A DNA stretch of 63,985 nt, filler included, from Reclinomonas americana ATCC 50394 (taxonomy: Eukaryota), in assembly GCA_048213135.1 (NCBI GenBank). It is 7 parts of 5 records of this genome, joined end to end, with 100 filler letters (N's around TTAATTAATTAA, not from the genome) between each part and the next. Parts side by side here need not be neighbours in the genome. Positions count along the whole stretch, not along the records: positions 43,417 to 53,137 come from PS015402.1; positions 53,238 to 57,182 come from PS015403.1; positions 57,283 to 61,269 come from PS015405.1; positions 61,370 to 63,985 come from PS015411.1; 3 more parts are not named here. One strand, given 5' to 3'. The notes beneath the pieces are model-generated. The model saw nothing but the letters and a program-made list of their open reading frames with translations. It had not been told where the DNA came from and ran no database searches. Shown in pieces: positions 50,941-63,985 of the stretch. Made by a program: the position numbers and the translations under genes. Every line of letters starts with the position of its first letter. Within the stretch, counting starts at the first letter, position 1.

Positions 50941-53082
50941 CGTGCTGTCAATGACCTGCGCGTCACTACGCGCCTCGGCATTCGTGCATTCTCCAAGCAC
51001 GTGAGTGTGTCACAAAAACAACACACGCACATGCTCACATATGAGTGAGAGAGAGAGACGACTGATTTTTCCGCGCTTGTCTGTCATTTTTGATGAGCAG
51101 CAGGAGCACTCTGCTCCGATCCCGCCGACTGCGAATCTGCATCGCGATGTGGTGCCTGCGTTGCCCAAGGCGGCAAACCTTGCGCCTGCGCATGTGACCT
51201 CCATCGAACACTATCACGAAATGTATCGTCGTTCCATTGAGCAGCCGGAGGAGTTCTGGAGTGAGCAGGCCTCGCAGTTCTACTGGAAGCAGCCGTGGAA
51301 CAAGGTCGATTCTCATATGCTGTGTTTGTGTGCGGTGACGAGTGTGATTGTCGGTGCTGAGTGTGCCCCGCGTCAGGTTCTGTCGCACAACTTTGATGTG
51401 CGTCAGGGACCGATCAACATTCGCTGGTTCGAGGGTGCGACGACCAACTTGTGCTACAACTGTGTGGATCGCCACTTGGAGAAGCACGGCGACACGGTGC
51501 GCCTGAGAGAGGGAGGGAGAGAGAGAGGAACAGGCAGGCGTTGTCCGTCTCATAATGTGATGCAGACGGCCTTTTTCTGGGAGGGCAACGACGGCGAGAG
51601 TCGCCAGATGACGTACCGTGAGCTGCACGAGCAGGTGTGCCGCTTCGCCAATGTGCTGCGTGCGCAAGGTGTGAAGAAGGGCGACCGTGTGGCCGTGTAT
51701 ATGCCGATGGTGCCGGAGCTGCCGGTCATTGTTGCGTTGCATTGGTGGCATTTTTTCTCTTCTTTTTTCGGCCCTCATCTCACCGCTTTGTCGACACAGT
51801 TGCTGGCCTGCGCTCGGTGGGTCACTGTTGAGCTGCATGCGTGTGCGCCGTGAGCGACTCACTTTTCTTTTGCGTGGGCAGTATCGGTGCTCCGCACTCG
51901 GTGGTGTTTGGCGGCTTTGCGCCGGACTCCCTCGCCGGTCGCATCTCCAATGCCGGGGTACGTGTGTGTGTGGTCGTCTGTCGTGTGCTGCATAGTGCAT
52001 GAGTTGACAAGGCCCGTGCGCAGGCCAAGGTGTTGGTGACTGCCGACGGGTGCAACCGTGGTGACAAGGTACGATGCATCATCTCCGTTGCGGAATCCGA
52101 TCTCGACTCAAATGATGCATCGATGATGGCACACGTGTGCAGAAAGTTCACCTGAAGGAGATCGCCGATGAGGCCATGGACATTGCGGCGAAGCGCGGTG
52201 ATGTTGTGGACAAGTGTATCGTGTTCCGTCGGTTCGTGTGTGTGGGTCCACATGTCGTTCCTCTTTGACGCAAGTGACATGCTCTCGTTGCAGCCACCCG
52301 AACGATCCGTCGTTCAAGATCAACATGAAGAGCGGTCGCGATCTCGAGTGGTCAACGGAGATGAGCAAGGCATCGACGGACTGCCCGGTGGAGTGGGTCG
52401 ACAGCGAGCATCCGCTCTTTGTGCTGGTGTGTGGTTTTGCAAGAGAGAGCGAGAGAGTGCAACACCATGGACTCACGTGTAGGAAATGCTGCCACTCGCG
52501 CGCAGTACACTTCGGGCTCCACTGGTGGGTTACTTACTGCGCTCTGCGCACTTTGCTTATGCGCGCCAACTAACTCGGTCTCATTGCAGGTGCGCCCAAG
52601 GGTGTCGTGCACACCACTGGTGGCTGTTGCGTTGATGCACGTGGGCGCTTTTTGTGCGAGTGCATGCCGCAAGCTCACGTCCGCATCACAGACATGGTGT
52701 GGACGTCCTCGACGTGGAAGTGGACGTTCGATTACCACCCCGGCGAGACGTTCTTCTGCACTGCCGACATTGGATGGTGCGTGAGGCTGAAAGGAAGACA
52801 CGATCCATGCATACTCGTGGTTGACTGTGCGTGCAATGCAGGGTTGCCGGTCACTCGTTCATGGTGCGACTCGGATGAGCCGTTGTGGTGTTGCTCATTG
52901 TGGTGTGCGCGCTGACAGAGTTCGCATTCTAGGTCTACGGACCGCTCAACAACCGCGCCACGCAAGTGCTGTTTGAGGGCGTCCCGGTGCATCCTGGTTT
53001 GTTGAATGTGCATGTATACATGCAAGAGGGCGTACAGTGACTGACTTGTGTGCGCGAGACAGGACCCGATCGCCTCTGGAAC
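50941..53082 (+). CDS. ACS: AMP-forming acetyl-CoA synthetase (partial; both ends run into gaps)
   Basis: [119 protein letters not shown]. Confidence 0.95.
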
Positions 53083-53324
53083 GTGAGTATGCCAGCTGCG
53101 TGCGTGCATTCAGTGGAGATAGTGAATTGACTCGCCANNNNNNNNNNNNNNNNNNNNNNNNNNNNNNNNNNNNNNNNNNNNTTAATTAATTAANNNNNNN
53201 NNNNNNNNNNNNNNNNNNNNNNNNNNNNNNNNNNNNNCGTACGACGAACGAACGTACGACTACGTACGTACGTACGTAACACGTACTTACTTACTTACTA
53301 CTAACTACTACACTACGACACACA

Positions 53325-53400
<76 letters not shown>

Positions 53401-54047
53401 CGTGTGTGTGAGCGCATACAGAGAAGAGTGAACTGCAAATGCATTGCAAGACAAGAGGCAAATCTCATCCCTTGCAAACACAAACACACACACTCTCTCT
53501 CTCACATACACACACAGAGAGAGGCACACCTCTTGCTCTCTCTCTCTCTCTTTGTGTGCAAGACATGACCATCTCCCCTCCCCCACGCTTTCTCTCTCTC
53601 CTCTCTCACTCTCACACACAACACACACACACACACACACTCTCTCACTTACACACACACACCTTCCATCACAACGCGCGCTCTCTCACACGCACACACT
53701 ACACTCAGTGGTTCCGTTGGCTGCAATGGACCGTGGAATCGAGAGGCACTTGTCTTTGTGTGTGTGCGCGAGTGTGTGTGTTTTTGAGAGAGACGCACAC
53801 CATGTCGTTTGGTGCGTGTACAACACACAGAGAGAGAGAGAGTGAAAAAATGGGAAACTTTGTGTTCATTTTTTTGCATGTGTTTCTTGTGTGCTTTTGG
53901 TGGTGTTTTCGTGCATGTTTCGTGTGTGTTTCCTCATTGTGTGTTTGTGTGTGTGTCGTGAGTTGCACTTGTGCAATAGGGCGATTGATTGTTTGACTCA
54001 CTGTTCACTCTCATCAAAGTGTGACTGTTGACTCTGTCTCTCTCTCG

Positions 54048-54121
<74 letters not shown>
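54048..54121. repeat. (GT)n microsatellite
   Basis: About 36 perfect TG units. Confidence 0.95.
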
Positions 54122-54122
<1 letters not shown>

Positions 54123-54672
54123 GTCGTGTCGNNNNNNNNNNNNNNNNNNNNNNNNNNNNNNNNNNNNNNNNNNNNNNNNNNNNNNNNNNNNNNNNNNNNN
54201 NNNNNNNNNNNNNNNNNNNNNNNNNNNNNNNNNNNNNNNNNNNNNNNNNNNNNNNNNNNNNNNNNNNNNNNNNNNNNNNNNNNNNNNNNNNNNNNNNNNN
54301 NNNNNNNNNNNNNNNNNNNNNNNNNNNNNNNNNNNNNNNNNNNNNNNNNNNNNNNNNNNNNNNNNNNNNNNNNNNNNNNNNNNNNNNNNNNNNNNNNNNN
54401 NNNNNNNNNNNNNNNNNNNNNNNNNNNNNNNNNNNNNNNNNNNNNNNNNNNNNNNNNNNNNNNNNNNNNNNNNNNNNNNNNNNNNNNNNNNNNNNNNNNN
54501 NNNNNNNNNNNNNNNNNNNNNNNNNNNNNNNNNNNNNNNNNNNNNNNNNNNNNNNNNNNNNNNNNNNNNNNNNNNNNNNNNNNNNNNNNNNNNNNNNNNN
54601 NNNNNNNNNNNNNNNNNNNNNNNNNNNNNNNNNNNNNNNNNNNNNNNNNNNNNNNNNNNNNNNNNGTGACAG

Positions 54673-57141
54673 GCTTTCAACCCCAGCAGCATCAGCAGGG
54701 TGGTGCATTCCGCGGCGGTCGCGGTGGCGCGCAAGCAGGCGCACAACGCGGTGCTCGACGTGGTGGTGGCGGTGGTGGCGGCTTTGCGCAACATCAGCAG
54801 CAACAGACGCCAGGCAGGAGAATGACAGCCGCCGCTCCGCCACCACCACAAGCAATGCCCGCGCCAGCGCAACCCGACACCTCGTCTGGCAAGTGGGTGC
54901 GCGGGCGCGGCGGCGGTCCCACCGGCACTGCGTTTCGTGGTGGTCGTGGTGGTGGTGGCGATCGTGGTAGTGGCGGCAGAGGCGGTGGTCGTGGCCGCCC
55001 ACCATTTCAAGCAGCAGCTGGAGGTGGTCCATCTCAAGTGACGGCTGCGGCAGGCGCAGGTGGTGGCGCCGTCCCGCGATGGCGCACACTGAAAATGCTG
55101 TACTTGCCGGCCGGCGAACAGTCGGAGGCGGCCGTGCGCCGCCTGCTGTCACAGTTTGGACGCATGGAGAGTGTCTTTGTCAATGGCGACCGTGCATTCG
55201 TGCGCTTCTCGCACGAGGGCTCGGCGCAGAATGCGTGCGCCACACTGGAGGCCAACGGCTATCGCGTGTTTGTGGTGCAGGATCGCATGAGCGATGCCGG
55301 TGGTGGCAGCGGCGGTGCCCCGGGAGCGTTTCCTGCGGGTCCGCAGCGCACAGCTGCACCCATGACGGCCACGGGTTCCACGATCAAGGTGCTGCATGTG
55401 CCGGCTGTCATCAACAAGTACCAGGTATGGTGGGAGAAAAGTGGCACAGTGGAGAGACGTAGTACTCGCTCTTTGCTTGATTGCTTCGTTGCTTCCGATC
55501 TCTTTTCTCTTTCTCTCATTCGCTTGTTCTATGTTGCGTTTCGTGTGTCGTTCTTCATTGCATTCCCAATCTTCTCTTTCGCTCTCTCACTTTCTCAATG
55601 TTACGCTGCGTGTGTCGTTCCTCCGCTCGCCACTTGTGCATTCTCAGTCTCTCTCTCTCTGTCATTCTCTCTCTATCACTCATTTACTTATTTGTGTTGC
55701 GCTGCGTTTGTCGTTTCTGTGCTCGCCACATTACTCTTCCTGCCTAACCCTCGCCCCTTTCCCCCTTATCCCTTCCTTTCTCCCCCCTCCCCTTTCCCGC
55801 CCTTCCCCTTCTCAACCTTTCCCTCTTTCACAGTTCCTGAAAAACCACTTCGCCCAATTCGGCCTGGTGACCAGCGTCGTTCCGAAACCCGCCGACGAGC
55901 GCGCCTTTGTCACCTTTGCCAACGCGGCGGACGCGGAGCTTGCACGCAAGGCCACCACGCACATTGGCGAGCACATGGTCACCGTGTACCTCGCAACCAG
56001 CGATCCCAACGCCGTGGGTGGTGGCGGTGCTGCTGCTGCGAGTCAGTGGCCAGCCGCTGCCGCCGCCGCGGCGGAGAGCGCGCCTCGCCCTCCACCAAAG
56101 GTCACGCTCAAACTTCAGCAGCAGCAACAACAACAGCAGCAGCAGCAGAGGCACCGCGCCGCACCGACCATGGAGTATGCCGCCGAGGACCAAGAGGAGG
56201 AGGAGACGGAGTATGGCGACGACGGGCAAGAGGTCTGGTGGCTTTTCACACCCTCCCTCCTTGCCTTCTCTCACTCTCTTCTTGACACATCAGGCTGGTG
56301 GCTCCTCCTTCGGCTACGCCGCTGCCATGAAGGAAATGGGACGCAAGCCGATTGCGCCTGCTACTGCTGCTGCGGCTGGCGGTGGACGTCGTCAAGTCGC
56401 GCCGCACGTGTCGCAACCGATGGCCACCGAATCCAGTGACAACCCTGAAATGTTGCGCCAGTCGGACAACTTCAAGGCCGGCAACGTGGTCTCCACCAGC
56501 GGCAAGCGCCTCCTCAGCAACACGCTGAAGAACATCATGTATCACAACCGCAAGGTGGAGGAGTTTGGTCCGCCGCAGATGCTCGAGTTCAACGAGACCG
56601 ACATTCAGGTGTACGATCCACGCGCTCCACAGCCTGCGGCATCGGTAAGTGTCTGCGTCTCGTAGTAGTGATTATCCTGTTGTGCTCATCTCTTTCTGGG
56701 CAAGCAGAGTGAGGCCGAGGAAGAGGAGGAGGCTGAGGAGGAAGAAGCGTACGCTGCAGATGACGCTGAGTATGCGGAGGATGAAGGCGAGGAGGAGTGG
56801 TACGAGGAAGGACAGGAGGAGGAGGAAGAGTACGTTGACGGCGACGAGACAGAGTACGAGGGCGTTGCTGGCGAGGACGAGGTGGACGGTGAAGGGGAAG
56901 ACGAGGAAGTAGAGGAGGAGGAAGATGCCGAGTACGCCGAGGATGTTGCGTGCGGTTTGAATCCATGGCGATGCATTGACCTTCTTTGCTCACTTTTCCT
57001 TGATTGCAGACCGAGTACGCTGACGAGTATTACGAAGGAGACGAAGACGGCGAAGGAGAGGAGGCTGCAGAGCAGGGCGATGGCGAAGAGGAGGAGTACT
57101 ATGAGGGCGAAGAGGAGGAGGAAGCGGATGATGCCGACGCG
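54673..57141 (+). CDS. RGG-box/RRM RNA-binding protein with acidic Glu/Tyr-rich tail (partial)
   Basis: RGG repeats; RRM1 LKMLYLP..FGRMESVFVNGDRAFVRF; RRM2 IKVLHVP..|FLKNHFAQFGLV..RAFVTFAN; acidic exons at 56708-57141. Confidence 0.75.
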
Positions 57142-57282
57142 GTGCAAGTGTATCGCCCTGGGTGAGCAACTCTCTCTCTCTCNNNNNNNNNNNNNNNNNN
57201 NNNNNNNNNNNNNNNNNNNNNNNNNNTTAATTAATTAANNNNNNNNNNNNNNNNNNNNNNNNNNNNNNNNNNNNNNNNNNNN

Positions 57283-57515
57283 AGAGAACGAAGAGAAAAA
57301 AGAGAGAAAGAAAGAGAGAAAGAGAAAACGGGAGAAGAAAGAGAAAGAGAAAAAGGGAAAAGAAAGAGAGAAAGAAAGAGAGAAAAATGAGAATGAGAGA
57401 GAGAGAAAGAAAGAGAGAAAGGAAAGAGAGAAGGGAAGAGAAAAAGAGAGAAAGAAAACAGAAAGAATACAAGACATAGCGAGAGAGAAAGAGAGAAAGA
57501 GAAAGAGAGAATGAG

Positions 57516-57586
<71 letters not shown>

Positions 57587-57932
57587 GAAAGAACGAGAGA
57601 ATGTAAGAAAGAAAAGGAGAGAAACATACCAAGGAAGAAAGCAAGAAAGTGAAAGAAATAGAGAGAGAAAGCACAGAAGCACAATCACAGCAGACACCCG
57701 CACGCCACAACGACAACCACCACCACCACCACCACCACCACCACCACCACCACCACCACCACAACCACAACCACCACCACAACAACACAAAAGCGACAAT
57801 AGCAACAATAACAACAGACAACCATAAAAACAAGCAGAGCGCAGCAGAAGCACCAATCAAAGCAAGGACGACGACAGCAACAGCAACAACAGCAACAATG
57901 ACAACAATGACATCAACAACGACAACAACAGC

Positions 57933-58000
<68 letters not shown>

Positions 58001-58010
58001 CCATCATCAC
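57283..58010. repeat. Compound simple repeats (GAAA)n, (CAC)n, (CAA)n
   Basis: (GAAA)n at about 57517-57585, (CAC)n at 57718-57760, (ACA)n at about 57933-58001. Confidence 0.95.
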
Positions 58011-58054
58011 AGTGAGATCGCCATTGGGGGAAACGAATGGTTGACGGCACGAAC

Positions 58055-60107
58055 CTGCTGTTGTTGCTGCTGCTGTTGCGGTGATTGGTCGTCCAGCAAA
58101 CGACACACATTCGGCAGCGGCACGGTGCCGAGTCGCTGACACGTCATTTGGTATCGCTCAACAAGACTGGCGAGTTTCATGCCGGCAATCTCTGCGACAA
58201 CCTGCGAGCCAGGACCGAGAACCGTCTCCAGCACATCGTCCATGTCCAGCAGTGCCTCGCCGTCTCCTGCCAGGCGCACGGCAACCTGGCGGAGAGCACA
58301 TTAGCCAGCAGAGAGCCAAGAACACAGAAAATTAACGTGCGAAACGCACCACATTCGGCAAGGCCCCAAAGCGCTTCCGGTACCGCTCGGCCGCCTCATC
58401 CGCCAGCCATCGCACCGTGGCCACGCCGCGACTGCGTGCCTCAGCGCATGGAATGACAAACGAAACTTGCTCAATGCTGACGCGAATGGTGTATGGCGGC
58501 TGCACCAAGGAGAATGAGAAACGAGTGCCGCTTGCCGTGACATGACACTTGCGCAACTGCAACAGCAACCGCTTGAGAAGCCTGTTGCTGCTGCTGCTGC
58601 TGCTGCGGTGGTGAAGGCACAAGCGGTGGTACCGGTGGAGGTGGAGGTGGTGGCGGTGCGATTGCACTGACTGCAGGCGATGGTGCGCGATGCCGGTCGA
58701 CTGCCATGACCTCCACATCCTCCACATCCGGCAGCACGAGCTCCACCGGTTCCGGTGACGGCGAGCGCTCTGTGCGGTCCCTCTACCAGCGGCGAAGAGT
58801 GAGTGCAGGTAGAGAATAGTGCAAACGGAACGGCACAGAACAAGTGCAACAGTTGTGGCCAGAAGACGTTCAGCAAAGCAAAACAGCGCAGCGGAGAGCG
58901 GGGAGCGCATGATTGAAAGAAGAATAAGATTAGAAGCAGGTCAAAGTGCTGGGAGAAGGCTCGAGGAAAGGAGACAATGTGAGCGAGTCTGAGCGTGCGA
59001 ACCTGCAGCGCACTGTCACGAGTGCGAGAGAGAGAAAGAGAGAACGACAGAGAAATAGAGTGAGTGAGTGAGTGAGTGGGTGATTGTTCTAAGCGAGTAC
59101 GTGAGTATGGGAGCAATCGAGTGAGTTAGAGAGTGATTAAGAGAGTGGTTAATTCAACAAGTCAGTGAGTGGTTGGTTCAACAAAGGAGTGAGTGAGTGA
59201 AAGTGAAAGAAGTGAGTGACCGTATGTGTGTGTGTGTGTGTGTGTGTGAGTGAGTGAGAGAGAGAGAGAGAGAGAACAGTGAGCATGTGTGCCTATGTGT
59301 ACGCGTGTGCGTGCCACTCTTTCTCTCCTCTCGCAACACAAAACTACGGCCCTGCAGCAAGCATACCTCGCCAGTTCGCGGCCGACTCCCCGACGGAGAC
59401 ACTCGCCGACGCACATGTCGCGCACCCACCACCTCACCAGTGCGCCTCTTCAGGACTGAACTTGACTTGCCCGACGATGCTGCAGTGGACCTGCCCGACG
59501 ACGGTGCAGCAGCGGACCTCCCAGATGAACCAGCTGCTGACGTAGCGGATGACTTCGACGTGGACTTGGTCGTACTCGACGAGCCACTAGATACGATTGC
59601 ACCCTGCCGACGACCACCAACTTGGCTCACGGCTCGCCCGCCGCCGCCGTGGGATTCTGGAGGAGGGAAATGTCAGAATAAAGAAGAGAGGAGCGACTGC
59701 AGAGATGAAACGCAACGAGTGGGAAGCACATTGACCCGGTCGTCTTCATCGTCGTCGTAGGTGGTCAGAAAATCTGAACTCGCCTTGTCTGGCCTGCCAG
59801 CAGATGCTGACGCTGCTGCTACTCAAACCCATCCACAAAGCAAACACGCAAATCGACAACAAGCGAACAAACATCAACGACAATATCAATCGAGCAAACA
59901 ACAGCAACACCGGCATCAATGACAACACGACCGCAAGTCCCACCACATTCATCAGCACCGCGACAACAACCACATTCACAAGCATGACCACAATACACAC
60001 GGGCACACACACGCAAACGACGACGACAATAACAACAACACACACGCGCAGAACAGCAGCACCACAACAGCAACAACAACAACAATGTTGACAACAAGAG
60101 CAGCAGC

Positions 60108-60192
<85 letters not shown>

Positions 60193-60810
60193 CCAACAAG
60201 AACAACACAACAACAACAACAACAACAACAGTCGCAAGCACAACAGCCACAATCACAACCGCAACGCCAACCCCAAGACCAAGCCCAACACAACAACAAA
60301 AACCGCGACAACAACAACAACAGCAGCACCAGTCGTCAGAACCACTCAAACATCACAAACAACTTCAAGAATAAGGCACTCACGTTTCCCCGCCTGCTTC
60401 CGCGGCTGCGACTGAGACGGCCGCTTTTCCTGCGTGGCAGCCACCACCGCAGCAGCCGCAGCAGCCGCGTCCTCATCGTCCTCCTCCTCCTCATCCGACG
60501 GAAAATCCAACTCCACCTCGTCCACTCCCTGCTCCTCGTCCTCCAACTCGTCCACCAGTGGCTCAATCTGACGCCTCTGACGCACAACCTCTCGCAGCCT
60601 GGCCGCAGCTCCTTCCCTCTTGCTGCGTGCTCTCCTCTCCAGAACGCCCTCCAGCTTTTCCAGCAAATGTAACTGCACGAAGAAGCAAATCAGTGATTGT
60701 CGCATGTTTTCGTTGACTCAGCATCAAAGACCACACCTGCCACCGCGCCTTGTTGAGCCTCTGTGCCACCTCCAGCGCCTGCTCGAAGGCGGCCTGTGCC
60801 TCATCGAGCT
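58055..60810 (-). CDS. TONSL: Tonsoku-like (TONSL) DNA repair protein, partial: TPR end, linker and UBL domain
   Basis: TPR-like LDEAQAAFEQALEVAQRL. UBL domain IRVSIEQVSFVIPC..TVRWLADEAAERYRKRFGALP..L...GEALLDMDDVLETVL....VVAEI......LVERYQMTCQRL matches the TONSL UBL and pre-LRR region. Confidence 0.78.
60065..60325. repeat. (CAA)n microsatellite inside a TONSL intron
   Basis: Long ACA/CAA run between the donor at about 60383 and the acceptor at about 59795 (minus strand). Confidence 0.9.
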
Positions 60811-61651
60811 GGAGGGGAGTGAGCGGATAATTTACAGGTTTTACTTCTCTCTCTCTCTCTCTCTCTACTCTCTGCTCTCTGTCTCTCTGCTCTCTGTTCG
60901 CACTCAGAGGATCTCTCTCTCTCTCTCTGCTCACTGCTCTCTGTTCTCTCTCTCTGGTCCTGCTCTGCATTGTCTCTGTTTGTGCGTCTCTCTCTGCTCT
61001 CTGACTCTCTCTCACACTGTGGTCTCTGCTCTGCATTGTCTCTGTTTGTGTCTCTCAGTCTGTCTGTTTGTCTCTCCTCTCTCTCCCTCTTTTTGCTCTC
61101 TGTCCGCTCTATCTCTGTGCTCTCTCCCTCTTTTTGCCCTCTCCCTGCACTCTCGCATTGCTCTCTCTGCGTGCTCACTGCTCTTTGTTCACACACACAT
61201 GGTCTCTGCTCTGCATTGTCTCTGGGTCTTTCTGACTGTCTGTTTGTCTCTCTCCCCCTCCTTTGCTCTNNNNNNNNNNNNNNNNNNNNNNNNNNNNNNN
61301 NNNNNNNNNNNNNTTAATTAATTAANNNNNNNNNNNNNNNNNNNNNNNNNNNNNNNNNNNNNNNNNNNNGGGGAGGGGAAGGGGGAAGGAGGGGACGGGA
61401 AGGGGGAAGGAGGGAAGGGGGAAGGGGGAAGGGGAAGGGGGGAGAGGATGGGGCAAGGGGGGAAAGCGATTCGGGGGAGAGAATGCAGGAGAGAATGAGT
61501 TAAGTGAATGGGGAGAGAAGGGAGAGAGAGAAATAGGAAAGGAAAAGGCAAAAGTTGAAGTGAAGTGGGAAAGAAACTGACGCTCCCTCACGGTGCGACA
61601 CATAGAGAAAGAAGAGCGATCAACAAAGTGATTCTTTGCCCACCACACTCA

Positions 61652-62827
61652 CCGCCAGTCACATACTTGTTCAGTTCATCCACTGGAATTCCCGCCTGCA
61701 AACACACCATGAGTCACCTCACCCGCTTCCCAGCCATTCCACCTCCCACATACCTGCCCCAACACCTGCGGGTGCAACCGCTGCTCAATCATGGTGTGGT
61801 AAAAGGCGGTGAGGACGGCACGGCACGCCGCGTCGCCGAGCAGCGGGCAGTCGAAAGTGATTTCGCCAAATTTCTTGCGGTAGCGCATGACGCCGTTGAC
61901 GCCGTGGCCGGGGTCGTGGCGGGAGAGGCCGGAGAGCATGTAGATGACGCGGTGCATTTCGGGGACGTCGCCGAGTTCGTCGTCGGTGAGGGGGAGGATT
62001 TGGAGGAAGTCGTCGAACCAGTTCTGGGGAGGGGGGAAGGAATAGGGGAAGGGGAGGTGAGGGGAGGAAAGGGGAAGGAAGGAAAGGAGCAGGGAGAGAG
62101 AGAAAGAGAGATTCACCCTGGGAACGAGAGAAACCCTGCCGAAAGAGGCAATCCAACACAGAAAACTGCGAGCGCTTGGAGGAGACCAACACTTTGCAGC
62201 GAAGAACACAATTACGGTACATGAAGAGTGCAGGAGAAGATTGGACACGATACAGCGTAAGGAAGATTCAAGGTGCACAATGCCTCGCCTCTTTTCTTCG
62301 TGCTCTTGTCTCGCTTCTTGGTCTGAGAGCCATCAAGCAGAACGAAAAATGAAGAGGAAATGCGAGTTGGAATTCCTGCTCTTCCTCATGCATTTCCTCG
62401 CATCGCTGGACAAGAAAGAAGCAAGCAGCCGAAAGACAACAAAAAAAGGGCAGTGAACGAAGGAAGAGGTGGTGAAAAGATTGAGGTGGGAAGGTGGTTG
62501 AGGAAGGGGGAATTACGACTGCTGGATCCTCTCATTCTGGCCTTTCTCTCCTCGTGAGTCCTCTCACTGCTCAGTCTCTGCCCCTTCCACGCCTCTTTGT
62601 AGAAGTGCGGCTGACGAAGGCGAAAAGACGACTTGGACACAGAATGACCCTCTTGCCTCTTCCATTGCCCCTCATCTCCTCTTCTGCCTGCCTGCCCCTT
62701 CCTCTAGCCTCCCACTCGCCTCTCGAGAGAAAGCGAACAATATTTTCTACGGGAGAAACTCACCGTGACAGTCTTATCGTCGTGTTTCACCGCCCAAAAC
62801 CTGGGCGGAATCGGATACTCGGCTCCC
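61652..62827 (-). CDS. Partial unknown gene (three in-phase exons)
   Basis: cag|GAEYPIPPRFWAVKHDDKTVT|gtgagt, cag|NWFDDFLQ...QVLGQ|gtatgt, cag|AGIPVDELNKYVTG|gtgagt. Confidence 0.6.
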
Positions 62828-63149
62828 TGCACACAAACACAAAAGACACACCAGGGCACACAAAGTGAGTGACTGGAGTGATGAAATGCGCGCGCAATGT
62901 ATTGCTCCTGTTATTGTCAGGCGCAAACAATGTATCATTCTCACACACAAGAGACACACAAAGATACACAATGAGAGACAGCGCAGGCGAGTAAAACACC
63001 AGCAAACCCGCATGTCAACAGCAGACAAGTCGAATTGCATGTTGCACACGAGGAAAAAACAAGACGGAGAAAGGAGTGAGAGAGAGCAAGGCCGAGGCAG
63101 TGCGTGTGAGTGTGTGTGCAAGTTAGAGGCAGCATTGTGTGGGTGACAG

Positions 63150-63862
63150 AGTAAGAGAGTGAGAGCTCGTGAAGAGCAGAGCTACACGCATGCACACGCG
63201 CACACAAAGAGAGAAAGAAGACAAGAAGGCAGAGGGTGGAACTTGCAGTGAAAGACTCAGAAGGAGAAGGCACACATTCAAACATAGGAGCGATGTGAGT
63301 GCGTGAGAGAGAGAGAGAGAAGACAAGAAGGCAGAGGGCGACACAGAGACGCAGAGGGGAAGACAACACGAGAGACAAGAAGTGACACACGCACACGCGC
63401 CTTTCTCTCTCACACACACACACACACTTGCACACTGTCACACACAAGAGAGAGAGAGAGAGAGAAGAAAGAAAGAGAAGACAAGAAGGCAGAGGGAGAC
63501 ACAGAGACTCAAGAGGGGAAGAGGGGAAGACAACACGAGAGACAAGAGTGACACACACACACTGTCACACACACACACTTGCACACAGATAACGCAAGAC
63601 AAGGAGAGTGAGGAAGCTTGCATTCAGACACACTGCCTCTCTCTCTTCTCTCTCTCTCTTATACAAACACACGAGAGACAGAGAGAGAGGGAACACAACA
63701 AGAGTCTTGCAGTGAGAGAGAGAGACACACACACACAGAGAGAAGACACACAGACACACACTCTTGCACACACATAATACAAGACAAGAAGAGACAAGAA
63801 CTAGTTGCAGTCAGACACACACTTGCCTCTCTCCTCTCTTATACACACACACGAGAGACAGT

Positions 63863-63904
<42 letters not shown>

Positions 63905-63985
63905 GAGAGACAGAGAGGGAGAGAGAGAGAGACACAGAGACAGAGAGACAGAGAGAGAGAGAGTGTGAGAGAGAGAGAGAAGAAA
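63150..63985. repeat. Low-complexity GA/CA-rich degenerate repeats
   Basis: Repeated agaagacaagaaggcagaggg and acacgagagaca units, plus (GA)n. Confidence 0.85.

Noticed and set aside
52620..52695. Non-GT donors (G|TTGCGT) with a shifted acceptor
   Set aside because: Cutting one base later changes conserved residues (ACS GGY would become GGC) and loses the AG acceptor. GT-AG fits.
53238..53325. TACG/CGTA/TTAC repeat tract resembling a telomere or satellite
   Set aside because: It lies at a contig edge next to a microsatellite and follows the T-A-C-G flow-order pattern typical of low-quality pyrosequencing read ends.
57227..60349. Long poly-Cys/Val/Thr/Leu ORFs in the ORF track, and similar SLSLSL/ERERER ORFs
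   Set aside because: These are translations of microsatellites and N gaps, not coding sequence.

Overview
Draft assembly of an intron-rich, microsatellite-rich eukaryotic (protist-like) genome. Contigs are joined by N gaps and by six artificial N44-TTAATTAATTAA-N44 spacers. Genes are tightly packed, with many short GT-AG introns (typically about 60-110 nt). Reconstructed by hand across introns: a GPR89-like 5' part, a UIM+UFD1-like protein, a tandem-exon-repeat hypothetical protein, ARP4/ACTL6, WDR17, RBBP9, an EcKL/APH-fold pseudokinase, condensin-II NCAPG2, GLOD4-like, SLC35F6, a WDR81-like BEACH protein, an EF-hand/PARP-like protein, an unknown protein, acetyl-CoA synthetase, an RGG/RRM protein, TONSL-like, and a partial unknown gene. 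The most striking signal is in the splice donors. Besides the usual G|GTNCG or G|GTGAG donors, I count 28 introns using a one-nucleotide-shifted donor, H|GTTNCG (mostly GTTGCG). These almost never have G at -1, which suggests an abundant second 5' splice-site class read in a shifted U1 register. Also present: a ~1 kb non-coding element with long inverted repeats and a 13-bp flanking direct repeat, 9- and 12-nt microexons, and three contigs that appear mis-oriented inside genes. Gene names come from motif recognition only; no database searches were run.
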